Of a stretch of DNA of 64,000 nt, positions 51,194-61,705 are shown in pieces. The notes below the pieces were generated by a model. It saw only the letters and a program-made list of their open reading frames with translations, was not told the origin of the DNA and made no database searches. A program made the position numbers and the translations under genes. Positions within the stretch are counted from its first letter, which is position 1. The number at the start of each line of letters is the position of its first letter. The DNA is from a virus: IMG/VR virus record IMGVR_UViG_3300005253_000361, positions 1 to 64,000 of that record. One strand, 5' to 3'.

Positions 51194-52926
51194 GCAGCCA
51201 ACTTCCTTTCGAGTTCGGCCACCTTGGCCTTGAGACGTCGGACCTCGGGTTCGAGCTTGTCGACACGAGGCATTAGTCGTTCAATGTCTGCTGTGTGCTC
51301 GTTGAATCCGGCCACCACCAGCGGTAGCACCTTGCTGTACTTCAGACCGAGGAACCCATCGGGGTCGGTATAGACCGCCTCAGGCAGAACCTTCTGAACG
51401 TCCTGCGCGATGAGGAACGCACGCCGTTGCCCTGCCGCCTTCGCGTCGAAGCGTTCCGATTCGATGAAGTACCCTGTCTCGGTGCGCAGCGTGCCGAGCT
51501 TACGGGTGGCGTCCACGATAGGCTCCAGGCCGGTCTTGAGACGCTCGTCCGAAACGGCCACCCACGCGGTCGCACCTAAGGTCAGGTCGACGCCACCCGA
51601 GCCTCCCGCGACGCAGCGAATCACATCGGCGGACACCTCGGTGAGATACGTGTTGCTGCCACCGTCGAGGTAGAGCTTCTTGGTGGACCCTAGCGACCAG
51701 TTCCCCATGACGCCACTGGTCTGTGCAGCCACGCGGAAGTACGCGGCCAAACCGCCACCGGTATAGATGTCGATGCGGTTGGCGCTGGACTCGGTGATGT
51801 ACGTGTCGCTGCCGCCGTCGAGGAAGAGCTTCTTCAACGGGTCTACTGACGCTGATTGGCGGAACTTCCAAATACCCGAAGTCGAGCTCACCATTACCGT
51901 TCCGCCGACTACAACTTGGTAGTTGTCTACGCTGGACTCGGTGATGTACGTGTCACCGCCGCCATCCAAGTAGAGCTTCTTGAGGGCCGACAGGTAGATG
52001 TCGTCGGTAAAGCTCCACTGGCCCGTGATGACCTCGGCAACCCCGACCTGCGGGACCCCAACAGCCGTGAGGTTGCCCGTGTGGACCAGAGTCCGGGTCG
52101 CGTCAGGCGTGATGGTCTCGTCGGCCGACAGGATGCCACTGAACTCGAGAAGCTGCGGATCACTACCGCCGGAGAACTTGAGCGCTCGCGCGTTGCCTGA
52201 CCAGCTGGTCGAGATCGATTTGTAATTCCCGGCCCCGTCCTCGTACACGTTGACCCCGATCAACCCGTACCCAGCCGTGAACTCCTGGATGCAGAAGTAG
52301 CTGCCGACCAGGATCCGGTCGTCCCGCAGGAGCGTGATGTCGGCCCCCGACATCTGAAGATCGCCCGTCATGATGCCGCCAGCCAGCGCGACAGCACCCG
52401 TCTGACCTGCCGACACCCCGTGCGGATTCGCGCCCGAGCTCGCATGGGTGTCATGGTGGCTCTTCGTCACGTAATCGTTGTCGCCGACCGGGGCGAGGCC
52501 GCGCATGATCCCGTAGGCACTGTTGGCGGCGTTACGGATCGCCACAACCTCGGTGGCCTCACGCTGGACGAAGGTGTCGTGCGCGTTCGAACCCCCTTGG
52601 CCGAACCCGACGGCTGTCCGGCTCGCGCTCAACTGGACCTTGGAATAGGTATCCGAGACGGCCCCGTAGAGATCCAGATCATCGCCCATCTGGACCTTGG
52701 TGCTCGCGATCGGCGTCAGGGTGCCGGCCTCGAGCGCCATGTAGAAGACCCCGCTGTCCGTGGCGAGATACTGCTGACTCACGGCGGGCGAACCCGGCCG
52801 GCTACCGTAGAGGCCGTAGTCGGTCTCGGTCAGGCTGAGGTAGAGAGCGTTGTTCTGATGGGATGCTCGGGTAGTGTTGCCCGGGCTAACTGTATAGAGC
52901 GATACGTCGCGAACCGGCGTGGCCAC
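51190..52926 (-). CDS. tail fibre with C-terminal intramolecular chaperone (peptidase S74)
   Basis: SDERLK...FLIAQDVQKVLPEAV...LKYSKV plus coiled coil; three KKL[YF]LDGGxxTY repeats. Confidence 0.85.
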   Translation of the reverse strand: MATPVRDVSLYTVSPGNTTRASHQNNALYLSLTETDYGLYGSRPGSPAVSQQYLATDSGVFYMALEAGTLTPIASTKVQMGDDLDLYGAVSDTYSKVQLSASRTAVGFGQGGSNAHDTFVQREATEVVAIRNAANSAYGIMRGLAPVGDNDYVTKSHHDTHASSGANPHGVSAGQTGAVALAGGIMTGDLQMSGADITLLRDDRILVGSYFCIQEFTAGYGLIGVNVYEDGAGNYKSISTSWSGNARALKFSGGSDPQLLEFSGILSADETITPDATRTLVHTGNLTAVGVPQVGVAEVITGQWSFTDDIYLSALKKLYLDGGGDTYITESSVDNYQVVVGGTVMVSSTSGIWKFRQSASVDPLKKLFLDGGSDTYITESSANRIDIYTGGGLAAYFRVAAQTSGVMGNWSLGSTKKLYLDGGSNTYLTEVSADVIRCVAGGSGGVDLTLGATAWVAVSDERLKTGLEPIVDATRKLGTLRTETGYFIESERFDAKAAGQRRAFLIAQDVQKVLPEAVYTDPDGFLGLKYSKVLPLVVAGFNEHTADIERLMPRVDKLEPEVRRLKAKVAELERKLAA

Positions 52927-52929
52927 TCA

Positions 52930-54867
52930 TTACCACCACCTTGATGCGTCTGCGGAGGACTCGTCAGCCGGGTCAATGTACCCGTTGTCGTCCGTCCAGA
53001 ACCCCTGAACCTGCTTCTGTTCTTCTGTTGCGTCGGCCCAATCGGCGGCAGTAGGGGTGGTCCAGTTCCCGATCCCGGTCACGCCCTTCTGGTTGTTCAG
53101 CAGGAGCTCGATCCGGGGGATCGGGCTGAAGGAGCGGATGATCTGGATGACCTCCATGACCCGGTTGGTCCAGGAGCCGTCAGCCGAGGGAGCGCGGGCG
53201 GTCGTCAGGAGGATGCGGTCGCCGATCTTCACCTCAGACATGCCGAGTCCGGTCTCGATCACCCGCACCTCAGTGTCGGGATTGGCCGACACGAACCGGA
53301 CCCGTTCAGCGAGCTCCACTGCTTGCGCGGCCGTGGTGAGGTAGGTCGTGATGACTCGGTCCTCGGTGCGGCCGTCCAGCTGGACATACCGCGCCTCGTT
53401 GTCAGTCCGCTCCCGCGTGAGGAACCTACGTGACGTCGGGTTCTCCGCGTACCGGACCAGCACCCTAGAGAAGATCGTCTCGATCTTGGTCTCTGGGGCA
53501 AATTCCATGATGATGGGGTCGTCCAGCACCGGAGCCCCCACGGGGTAGTAGGGGTACCAGATGGTCGGCTGGATCAGACCCGTGAGACCACGGATCGTCC
53601 GCCCCATCACACCCCGCTCGAAGTTGCGGATGTAGGTGCGGGCCGACTGCTCATCCTGGATGTAAGCCGCCTGGGCCCACGGCTGGAACGCGTCCGAGTC
53701 GGTCGCGCCAGTCGAGTCGATCTCGGCGTCCAGCAACCCGAGGTAGTTCGTGTAGATCTCGCAGACAATCTCGCCGTAGTACTTCAGGTAGTCAGTCGAG
53801 GTCTCCCAGGCCTTACCGCGCGCGGGCTGCCCGGTGGCATCGCACGTAACCACCCCGGGCGTACCACTGTACTGACCCAGGATGGTGAGGCTGCAGCCCG
53901 TGAGATCGAGCGTCATGTCGCCGGCGTCGATCTCGACCCCGTCGTCGTAGACCGCGTCAATGGAGTAGAGAGTCTGGTAGGCCGGGTCCGCCACGAGGTA
54001 CTTACCCTTGTTGTCGGTGGTGTCGACCAGCTTGGGCGTGATGCCGGTCTTGACGCCAAAGAGCAACGGGATCCTGGTCCCCCGGACCTCCTCATCCGTG
54101 TTGGGGTAGTTGTCCTCGAAGATAGGCGTGACCGGCAGGTTGCGGTACGCCACCTTCTGCTTGTCCCGGACCATCAGCGTCATGGTCTTCATACCGGGCG
54201 CGATCGATTCAACGTACAGTTCGGCAATCTCGGCGTAGTCGCCCCCGCCGCCCGGCGTGTGGGCAAGTGAGTCGCCGCCGAAGTACACCCGGACCTTGGC
54301 GTTCTTCCAGGCCCAGGTCGCGGAGAGCCGGTCGAACATCCCGTCCGCGTTGCTGATCGAGAGCTCGCCCGACGCGACACGCTTGACCGGGCCCCAGAAC
54401 AGGTCCTCGGTCGACTCGGTTACGGACGGCAGCGCCTCAGCGGTCAACCGGGGGTCGTAGATGATGCGGCCGAAGATCCTGGGGTGGGACGCCAGATGGA
54501 TACGGAAGAAGCTCACCATAGCGGTATAGAGGTCCGGGTCGACCGAGCCAGTAGTGCTGCAGTAGAGAGTGGAGGTTGAGCCGAGGGACTGCTCGTCGTA
54601 GTACCAGGAGCCCGCCGCAGCATCGCAGGCCGCGATCGACGCCACCTCGGTCAGATCTACATCGTTCTGCCGGAGCCCAGTCAGCTTCCGGTAGAGGCCG
54701 CCCTTCTGGATGTCGGTGCCGACGAAGTTCTCGAACGTGATCTCCCACACATTCGTCCGGCCGGCCGTCTTGCTCCAGCCGGCGAGCTTCTGCTTCGGCG
54801 TGATCTCGACCAGCACGATCGCCTCCCGGACCGTCTGGTCGATGAAGTTCTCAAAGGCCTGCGACAA
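52930..54867 (-). CDS. tail hub / baseplate protein
   Basis: Position between distal tail and fibre genes; GTRIPLLFG motif. Confidence 0.6.
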   Translation of the reverse strand: MSQAFENFIDQTVREAIVLVEITPKQKLAGWSKTAGRTNVWEITFENFVGTDIQKGGLYRKLTGLRQNDVDLTEVASIAACDAAAGSWYYDEQSLGSTSTLYCSTTGSVDPDLYTAMVSFFRIHLASHPRIFGRIIYDPRLTAEALPSVTESTEDLFWGPVKRVASGELSISNADGMFDRLSATWAWKNAKVRVYFGGDSLAHTPGGGGDYAEIAELYVESIAPGMKTMTLMVRDKQKVAYRNLPVTPIFEDNYPNTDEEVRGTRIPLLFGVKTGITPKLVDTTDNKGKYLVADPAYQTLYSIDAVYDDGVEIDAGDMTLDLTGCSLTILGQYSGTPGVVTCDATGQPARGKAWETSTDYLKYYGEIVCEIYTNYLGLLDAEIDSTGATDSDAFQPWAQAAYIQDEQSARTYIRNFERGVMGRTIRGLTGLIQPTIWYPYYPVGAPVLDDPIIMEFAPETKIETIFSRVLVRYAENPTSRRFLTRERTDNEARYVQLDGRTEDRVITTYLTTAAQAVELAERVRFVSANPDTEVRVIETGLGMSEVKIGDRILLTTARAPSADGSWTNRVMEVIQIIRSFSPIPRIELLLNNQKGVTGIGNWTTPTAADWADATEEQKQVQGFWTDDNGYIDPADESSADASRWW

Positions 54868-54869
54868 CG

Positions 54870-55643
54870 CTAGCGGGCCTCCCGAAACTTCAGTGGGGCC
54901 GTCACGACACCCATGGTGCGGTGGTTGAACTCCATCAGGGCCAGGCTGCCCAGCATGGTCCAGGAGAATTGGCCGTCCGTGACGTTGTCGAACTGGTCGT
55001 TGTCCGGGTCGAGCATCAGGATGAAGTCGCGCTTGCCCTGCCAGCGGTAGAACCCAGTGAGCTTCGTGAGGTCGAGCTCGTCGCCGATGTTGAACCGGAC
55101 CTCCCGATACTTCGAGCGCACGTATAGGGAGCGCTGACCGTCGTCGCTGAAGACCTCGACCGAGGGGTCGGGCTGCTTGAAGTTGAAGCCCGGGCGGTAG
55201 TCGAAGTCGACCTTCGGCCCGAGGAAGATGTAGCCGATCTGGATGTCGTCGGCGTTACCTGAATCCTCGACCAGGAGACGCCAGTACTGATACGAGAGCG
55301 TGGAGGGGACCGCGTAGGCCGCCACACCGTAGTCAGAACTGAATGGAATGTCGTCGATCGTGATAGCCGGCGGACTGAATCCAGCATTAGCCGAGCCCAC
55401 CAGCGTCACGGTCGCGCCCGCGGTCCAGTTGTGGTCCAGCACTACTAGCTGGTCCACAGGTAGCGCGGACGGCAGGTTGACCTGCATCCACTCAGCTGTT
55501 TTGCCGGTGGCCTCCCACACACGGACGCGCTGCGGGTTCTGGATGTTGTCGTCGGGCAGGGTTACTTGTTGGCTCGAACCCGACACACCGGCGCCAGGCC
55601 GGGTGACCCAGTTCACGTAACAGAACCTCGCAATGTTGGACAT
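54870..55643 (-). CDS. distal tail protein-like
   Basis: Directly after the tape measure gene; DHNW...YQYWRL...IGYIFLG. Confidence 0.55.
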   Translation of the reverse strand: MSNIARFCYVNWVTRPGAGVSGSSQQVTLPDDNIQNPQRVRVWEATGKTAEWMQVNLPSALPVDQLVVLDHNWTAGATVTLVGSANAGFSPPAITIDDIPFSSDYGVAAYAVPSTLSYQYWRLLVEDSGNADDIQIGYIFLGPKVDFDYRPGFNFKQPDPSVEVFSDDGQRSLYVRSKYREVRFNIGDELDLTKLTGFYRWQGKRDFILMLDPDNDQFDNVTDGQFSWTMLGSLALMEFNHRTMGVVTAPLKFREAR

Positions 55644-55667
55644 CGTCTGTGCCTCCTTGCGGCAAAC

Positions 55668-58600
55668 TTAGTTATACGGGAACACGCCGTCCTGGTGTAC
55701 CGAAATATCCCCGTTTAGGGTCCCCTCGCCAACAATCTTCGCCACGACCCCCTGGACCTCTCGGTTGCCGATGAACACCTGGATAGTCGGGCGCACCACC
55801 GGAGTCATATCGGAACCGCCCAGGTTGGCACCACTGAGGGCTTCCGCGACCGCCTTGGCGATCTGGTTGGGTGAGATCGAGGCCGCCATCGAGGCCGCCG
55901 GCGCGGTCTGGCTGACATCCCCGGCGGAAAAGTCGCCGAGCCCGGAGTAGTTTAGCGAGGCCGCCATGGTGGCGCCGGCATCGGTGAAGAAGCCAGTGAG
56001 GTTGGCGGCGGTCTCCTGGCCGTACTGCCGGAGCAACTTGAACTGTTTGACGGCGCCCTTCCGTACATCCGGGAACACGCTGTTCCCGATCATGTCGTCC
56101 TCGTACGCCCCGAAGTATCCACTCAGCCGTCGAGCAGCTTCTCGCCCGGCATCGTCCATTCCCTGGAAGGTGTCGTCAACATAACGGCCCATGTCGCCCC
56201 AGCCGTCCTCCATCTCGTCCCACAAGTTGCCGTAGTTGGTCCGGAGGTCATCGTAGGCGCCCTGCCCAGCCTCCGAGATGTCGCGGAACGCATCCTGACC
56301 GTTTCGGGAAACGAACCCGAAGCCGTCCCGGATGTCCTTCAGGACGTTCACAACGTCCTCCATGATGTCGTGCATGTCCCGCTGGGCCTCGGTGATGATC
56401 CCGGCCTCTTCCGCCTGGTCAATCAACTCCTGAGTAGCATCACTCAACTCGTACCCGTACTGCGCGGCGGTGTCGCGGACCTCAGTCAGGTAACCGGCCA
56501 TGACGCCGAGCGCCTGGTTGTGGTCAAAGCCAGCCGCGGTCAACTCCTCATACATGCCGGAGCCCTGCTGGGTCAGCAGTTCGAACGTCTCGAGGTTCAT
56601 CGCGCCAATGTTGTTGAGGCCCGCCATGACCTGCGTGAGTCCGCCGAAACCGTCGACGAGCTCGCGGTTGGTCTGCACGAGGCTGCGGAACTGGATCAGC
56701 TTGTTGAACGCCGCGTCGCCTTCGATGCCCAGCAGCTGCTGTCGGCGAACCAGCTCATCGAGACTCGGCGCGATGGCGTCCATCGCCTCAACAACGGAGG
56801 AGCCGTTCGCGATCATCTCGTTGAAGACCGTCAGGGTGATGATACCGAGGCGCTCATACTCAGCCGTCAGATCGCCACCACTCGCGATCAGCACCTCGAT
56901 CTCCTTCTGGAGCTCATGAATCTGCTCCGCCTCCTCCTCGGTGAGCTCGCGATTCTCCTCCCGCGCGTCCGCGAGAATCTTCGCGATCGCCTCAGTCTTC
57001 TCCAGCCAGAGATCAAACAGAGGACCGTGGACCGCCAGCAGCTTCTCCAGGCCTTCAGCCACACCGGCGAGCTCATCGCCGATGAACGCGAGGACGGACG
57101 GGATCTCGAGACCACGTTCCCGAACCTCCTTGAGGAACCGAATGACGGATGCGTCGCCCGTGATGCCGAGCTCCTTCATCTGCTCCACCAGCAGACCAAA
57201 GGCATCGTCCAGAATCTTCGTGGCCTGGCTAGTCGAGATCACGCCGCTATCTAGATCGTAGAACAGCTGTACCAGCTGACCCGCGTACCGGCTGAAGTTC
57301 TCGGTCGTGACCCCGATCTCCTCCATGACGGCTCCCATGTGGAGCACGCGCGACGCAAATATCCCGATCGACTCAGACGACTTAGCGATCTTCCCTCCCA
57401 GCTCCAGCGAGAGAGTGCCCATGTTGGCGTAGAAAAACACCACGGTCTTGGCCAGCTTCTCGAACTTCTCCTCAGCCGACTCAGTGAAGAAGCCGATGAT
57501 TGACCCGATGGCCGCACCGACGCCGGCGATCGCAGCACCGATGGGACCGCCGGTAGCGAACCCGGTCGCGATTGCGGAGCCGATCGCCACGATGGCGCCC
57601 TTCCAGCCGGCCGAAGCGGTGGCGGCGTAACCAGCGACAGCAGAACCGACACCGAGGAAGATCTTGCCCACCATGCCCATGCCCTCTTCGGTGGCCTGCA
57701 CCATCTCACCATCCTGGCCCACCACATCACCCCACGAAACGGACGCCTCAACCGAGACCTGTTCCACCGTACCGCCAGAACCGAGAAGCTTGGTGAACCA
57801 CCCCTGCACGACGCCGACAAACCCCTCAGCTTGCTTCTCAGCCGGGCCAAAGAACTTATCCCGCAGAGACAGCAACAGGCCACCGAACGTGTCGACGATC
57901 ATCTTCTTCGCGAGACCCTTGAAGAGACGCTCGATGAATTCACCGAACGAGGTGCCGTCAAAAATCATTTGGGCAATCGCGTCCCCCATGCCCTTCGTGA
58001 TGGAGTCGAAGAAGTTGGTCCAGAGGTCCTTCCCCTTCTTGGTGCTCTCGGCCATCTCGTCGCGGATCTTCTGCTGCAGGGCCCCGAAGTCCCCACCCAT
58101 CTCCTCATAGATCCGCTTGATCTCTTGGAACTCGGCCCCGTAGAGCGAGTTGACGACATCGATCGGCAGCGCAGCCGCGATCAGCTCTTCTCGTCCTTCG
58201 ACGAGGGTTCCGAGCAGCTCGCCCACATACAGCCGCTTGAGTGCCGGCGCCCAGTCCTGCACCATAAAATCCTGCACGACGAGGAGGCCGTCCGTGAGAC
58301 TCTGCTTGATCTGGAACGGAAGATCTGTCGACACGAAACCATCACCGAGCTTGTTCAGCTCTTCGCGCACATCCGCCAGCGCATCCACAAACGCTTGCGT
58401 TTCCTTTGCGAGAGTGCCGGACTCGACCAAGTACCGCCCCATGATGCCGAAGAATTCGTCATTGATGTAGTCGCCGTACAGCTTGTGGAACTTCCGAACA
58501 CGTGCCAACTGGTCCCCGACGAGCTGTAGGGCCTTCATTTCCGACAGACCCTCCGCGATGTTCTTACGGTAGATCTGCAGGATTGCTTCCTGGACCTCAA

Positions 58601-60827
58601 TATAGGACTCACGATCCGAGATCTCCTGGAGCATCTGCTCCCGGAGCTTGACCCGCGCGGCGGCAGCGGCGCGGATCACCTCATTCTCCGACTCGAGAGC
58701 CTTAAGCTCAGCCTTGTGCATCACATCCAGCAGGACGTACCCATTGGCCCAGACATCGATATTGTCTGCCGCATCGAGGACCGTCTGGGACCAGCCCCAA
58801 GTGGTGTCGTCAACTGCCTTGATCCCGCCGGCGAGATGCGACAGACCCAACACCATGTCAGCTGCCGCGCCCATCCCCAGCAGGCGCATCTGCATGGAGG
58901 CGGCGAACAACTTGAGCGACATGTTGTGGAGTGCGTCCTCGACAACCTGGAACGCGGGGGCGACCAAGTCGCGCATAATCGTCGCGACCGTGCGCGCGAT
59001 GTCGATCGTCATGGTCTCGGCGAACCACGCAATACTCTCGCCCATCTTCCCGAGGCCCCAAAAGACCATGTCGACGAAGCCATTCCACTCAGGCTCGAAA
59101 TCCTCCGAGATCGCCCGACCGGCCGTCTGGGCCATCCAGGTGAAAGCGTGACCAAGGTCGCGGAGCCCCTGCTGCATGATGAACGACTGGTTGTAGGCGT
59201 CGCGAAAGGCCCAGATGACCCCGATCAAGGTGAAGCCCTTGACGATGGCCCAGAAGGCTCGGAACGCCCACCCGACCTCCAAAACGGTGTTCTTAAACAG
59301 ACCCAACCAGCTGAGCCCGATCATCAGCGAGGGGATGAAGACGTCGAAGAAAGCGACGTAGCCGACCAACACCTGCAAGAGACCCGTCAGAACAGCCTTG
59401 ACCTCACTGGCGGCAAACTTGAGCCTATCGAAGTTGACAATCATCCAGTCGATCTTCTCGCTCGCGAGATCGATCCACCGGACGAGCGTGTCCTTCATAC
59501 TGAAGAACCACAGCAGAGACAGGTCGGTCACCTTGGAGAAGAAGAGCTTGTACCGGTTCGTCAGTGAGCCCAGAAGGGCCTCATAGGTCGCGACCGACAG
59601 ATTCCCCTCGACCGAGTTCTTCCACCGATCAGAAAACTGCTGGAGCGAATCGATCCCAACCGCCAGACTGGCTCGAAAAGACGTGATGAACTGAGCCACG
59701 ACCGGGCCGGCGCGGCGCCCAAAGATAACGGCCGAATCGCCGGCGTCGAAGAACGAGAACGCGAGGGTCCGAAGGATGTCGGGGAGTGGACGCATCAGCG
59801 GGTCGAGGTCCCTCACTCGCAACCCGAGCTCCAAGATGCGCTTGGCTGCTTCCGTGCTCGGATCCAGCAGGGCCTGGATCATGAACCGGAACGCCCGGCC
59901 CGAGATACCGCCCTGCTTGGTCACGTCGACAAAACCCGCCACGACCGCCATCATGTCCGAGATCCCAACACCCGCGGCCGCTGCGGCCGGGGCGGAAAAC
60001 TTCAGGGCATCCTTCAGGCGATCGATATTGAGCGTGGTGGTGGCGATAGAGAACACGAGACCGTCCGCGATATCGCCCAGGTCCTCGGACGAGAGCCCGA
60101 AGGCCTTCATAATCTGGGTCAAGATATCGGTTGCGGTCGAGAGGTCTGTCTGGGCCGCAGCGGCGAACGCAGCCGAGGCGGCGATCGCGTCCTGGACTTC
60201 CGGCACCGTGAGCCCGACCGACACAAGCTCGTACATTGCGGTCGCAAGCTGAGTGGCGGTGAAGACGGTCTCGCGGGCAAGCGTCCTGGCGGTTTCGGTG
60301 AGCTGCTCGAAGGCCGGCTGGATCACATCCGTCACAGCGGCTGCGGCCACAACCGCCGTACGGAGCATCGCGTCCTCGAAGTCCTTGCCGGTCTGGATCG
60401 TGAACCGGATCCCCTCACGGATCCATCGGAGCGGGGCCAAGACAGCATTCTGAATCGTGGTGGCGAACGTGAACGTGAGCCTGCGGACGAAGACCCCGGA
60501 GAAGTTTTGAAGGTCGGACTTCATGTGACCCCAGAGGGATCGATAGCTCGAGCCCATCTGCTTCCCGGACTTCTCGGAATTCGACATCGAGACCGCCATC
60601 TGACCCAGGCCGGTCTTGGCCGACATCCCGATCTTGTCGTAGTTCTTGGAGGCCTGGGAGGCGAACTGGTTCAACGTCGCGAACGGGTTCGCGGCCTTCG
60701 TCATGGAGGCGCCCGAGGTGGCGGCAAACTGCTTGATGCGAGTGGCCGCGACAGCGAGGTCAGCCGCGAAGAGACGCAGATCGGCCCGGAGGGCGATCAG
60801 GTACTCTTCACGCGATACGACCGACAC
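55668..60827 (-). CDS. tail tape measure protein
   Basis: 1719 aa, helical and Ala/Gly-rich; TP901-type segment FEDAM...ETVFTATQLATAMYEL. Confidence 0.9.
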   Translation of the reverse strand: MSVVSREEYLIALRADLRLFAADLAVAATRIKQFAATSGASMTKAANPFATLNQFASQASKNYDKIGMSAKTGLGQMAVSMSNSEKSGKQMGSSYRSLWGHMKSDLQNFSGVFVRRLTFTFATTIQNAVLAPLRWIREGIRFTIQTGKDFEDAMLRTAVVAAAAVTDVIQPAFEQLTETARTLARETVFTATQLATAMYELVSVGLTVPEVQDAIAASAAFAAAAQTDLSTATDILTQIMKAFGLSSEDLGDIADGLVFSIATTTLNIDRLKDALKFSAPAAAAAGVGISDMMAVVAGFVDVTKQGGISGRAFRFMIQALLDPSTEAAKRILELGLRVRDLDPLMRPLPDILRTLAFSFFDAGDSAVIFGRRAGPVVAQFITSFRASLAVGIDSLQQFSDRWKNSVEGNLSVATYEALLGSLTNRYKLFFSKVTDLSLLWFFSMKDTLVRWIDLASEKIDWMIVNFDRLKFAASEVKAVLTGLLQVLVGYVAFFDVFIPSLMIGLSWLGLFKNTVLEVGWAFRAFWAIVKGFTLIGVIWAFRDAYNQSFIMQQGLRDLGHAFTWMAQTAGRAISEDFEPEWNGFVDMVFWGLGKMGESIAWFAETMTIDIARTVATIMRDLVAPAFQVVEDALHNMSLKLFAASMQMRLLGMGAAADMVLGLSHLAGGIKAVDDTTWGWSQTVLDAADNIDVWANGYVLLDVMHKAELKALESENEVIRAAAAARVKLREQMLQEISDRESYIEVQEAILQIYRKNIAEGLSEMKALQLVGDQLARVRKFHKLYGDYINDEFFGIMGRYLVESGTLAKETQAFVDALADVREELNKLGDGFVSTDLPFQIKQSLTDGLLVVQDFMVQDWAPALKRLYVGELLGTLVEGREELIAAALPIDVVNSLYGAEFQEIKRIYEEMGGDFGALQQKIRDEMAESTKKGKDLWTNFFDSITKGMGDAIAQMIFDGTSFGEFIERLFKGLAKKMIVDTFGGLLLSLRDKFFGPAEKQAEGFVGVVQGWFTKLLGSGGTVEQVSVEASVSWGDVVGQDGEMVQATEEGMGMVGKIFLGVGSAVAGYAATASAGWKGAIVAIGSAIATGFATGGPIGAAIAGVGAAIGSIIGFFTESAEEKFEKLAKTVVFFYANMGTLSLELGGKIAKSSESIGIFASRVLHMGAVMEEIGVTTENFSRYAGQLVQLFYDLDSGVISTSQATKILDDAFGLLVEQMKELGITGDASVIRFLKEVRERGLEIPSVLAFIGDELAGVAEGLEKLLAVHGPLFDLWLEKTEAIAKILADAREENRELTEEEAEQIHELQKEIEVLIASGGDLTAEYERLGIITLTVFNEMIANGSSVVEAMDAIAPSLDELVRRQQLLGIEGDAAFNKLIQFRSLVQTNRELVDGFGGLTQVMAGLNNIGAMNLETFELLTQQGSGMYEELTAAGFDHNQALGVMAGYLTEVRDTAAQYGYELSDATQELIDQAEEAGIITEAQRDMHDIMEDVVNVLKDIRDGFGFVSRNGQDAFRDISEAGQGAYDDLRTNYGNLWDEMEDGWGDMGRYVDDTFQGMDDAGREAARRLSGYFGAYEDDMIGNSVFPDVRKGAVKQFKLLRQYGQETAANLTGFFTDAGATMAASLNYSGLGDFSAGDVSQTAPAASMAASISPNQIAKAVAEALSGANLGGSDMTPVVRPTIQVFIGNREVQGVVAKIVGEGTLNGDISVHQDGVFPYN

Positions 60828-60843
60828 GCTGCATCACTGCTCC

Positions 60844-61392
60844 TTAGATTCGTGTTCCGGAAAATCCCTGGCTGAACAGGGCCCCGAACTTGGGCTTCAT
60901 TTCCTCGTAAGACCCGCGCAGAAAATCCCGCTGGATCATGTAGCGGGTCCCGTCGATCACGTAGATCGCGTGGGGCGCCCGGGTGGTGTCGACCCCGACC
61001 TTCGCGACAACCGCATAGCCGCTCCGGATCTTCATCTCGCTGAAGATGGCATCGATCAGCTGCGACGAAACCGTGATGCCCCCACCACGACGCACGTCAA
61101 ACTGAATGTGGACGTCGAACGGTCCGTGGGGCCGGGGAGAGCGGTCGGCCCCGGATTCGTCTGCCCTTGTGCGGTAGCCGTAGGGATGGCCCATGCGGGC
61201 GAGTTGCTCGAGAGTGTGCTCATCGATATGACCAACGTGGGCCCGAATGGCGGCCTCGAGAGCATCGCTGCAGACCAGCAGACCGCCAGTCGCGCGCACC
61301 AGAGCCAAAGACCGAAAACGGATCTGGATACGGTCCCACTGCGCGGTGTGCTGGAACGGCTGCAGAAAGAAACCATCCTTCCGCCTAGCCAC
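60844..61392 (-). CDS. HK97 gp10-like neck/tail protein
   Basis: APHAIYVIDGTRYMIQRDFL motif. Confidence 0.5.
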   Translation of the reverse strand: MARRKDGFFLQPFQHTAQWDRIQIRFRSLALVRATGGLLVCSDALEAAIRAHVGHIDEHTLEQLARMGHPYGYRTRADESGADRSPRPHGPFDVHIQFDVRRGGGITVSSQLIDAIFSEMKIRSGYAVVAKVGVDTTRAPHAIYVIDGTRYMIQRDFLRGSYEEMKPKFGALFSQGFSGTRI

Positions 61393-61705
61393 TCACAACA
61401 GATCCCGGATGCATCATCTCGACCTTTCGTAGGGACTCATCCGAATCCACCACGAGAGCCGTATCGCCCGAACGAGAGCCAGTGGAACTCTTACCGCTCC
61501 ACGCATCCGATTCCGCCTTCTTCCGATCGATGATGCGGTCCAGCAGGAGCCGGATCTCATCCATCGACAGGTCGAAGATCTCCGGTACGGTCCAGCCGTA
61601 CTCGTGCGCCAGAGTGTCGACGATCCGACTTACGGGGTGCTCATCCGGCCTGACACTTTGCCCATCAGCGTGAGAAGATCGGCGCCTTCGGCATAGAATA
61701 AAGGG
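61385..61705 (-). CDS. -1 frame extension (gpT-like) of the tail assembly chaperone
   Basis: -1 frame open from the slippery heptamer C CCT TTA (61699-61705) to TAG at 61385; contains LAHEYGWTVPEIFDL. Confidence 0.65.
   Translation of the reverse strand, partial: PFILCRRRRSSHADGQSVRPDEHPVSRIVDTLAHEYGWTVPEIFDLSMDEIRLLLDRIIDRKKAESDAWSGKSSTGSRSGDTALVVDSDESLRKVEMMHPGSVVSG

Noticed and set aside
47757-52926. Diversity-generating retroelement or invertible fibre shufflon
   Set aside because: There is no reverse transcriptase or TR/VR pair, and both fibre paralogs are in the same orientation.
55765-60940. Numerous long plus-strand ORFs over the structural genes (and minus-strand ORFs over the left arm)
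   Set aside because: These are antisense shadows of GC-rich coding sequence and lack SDs and recognisable motifs.
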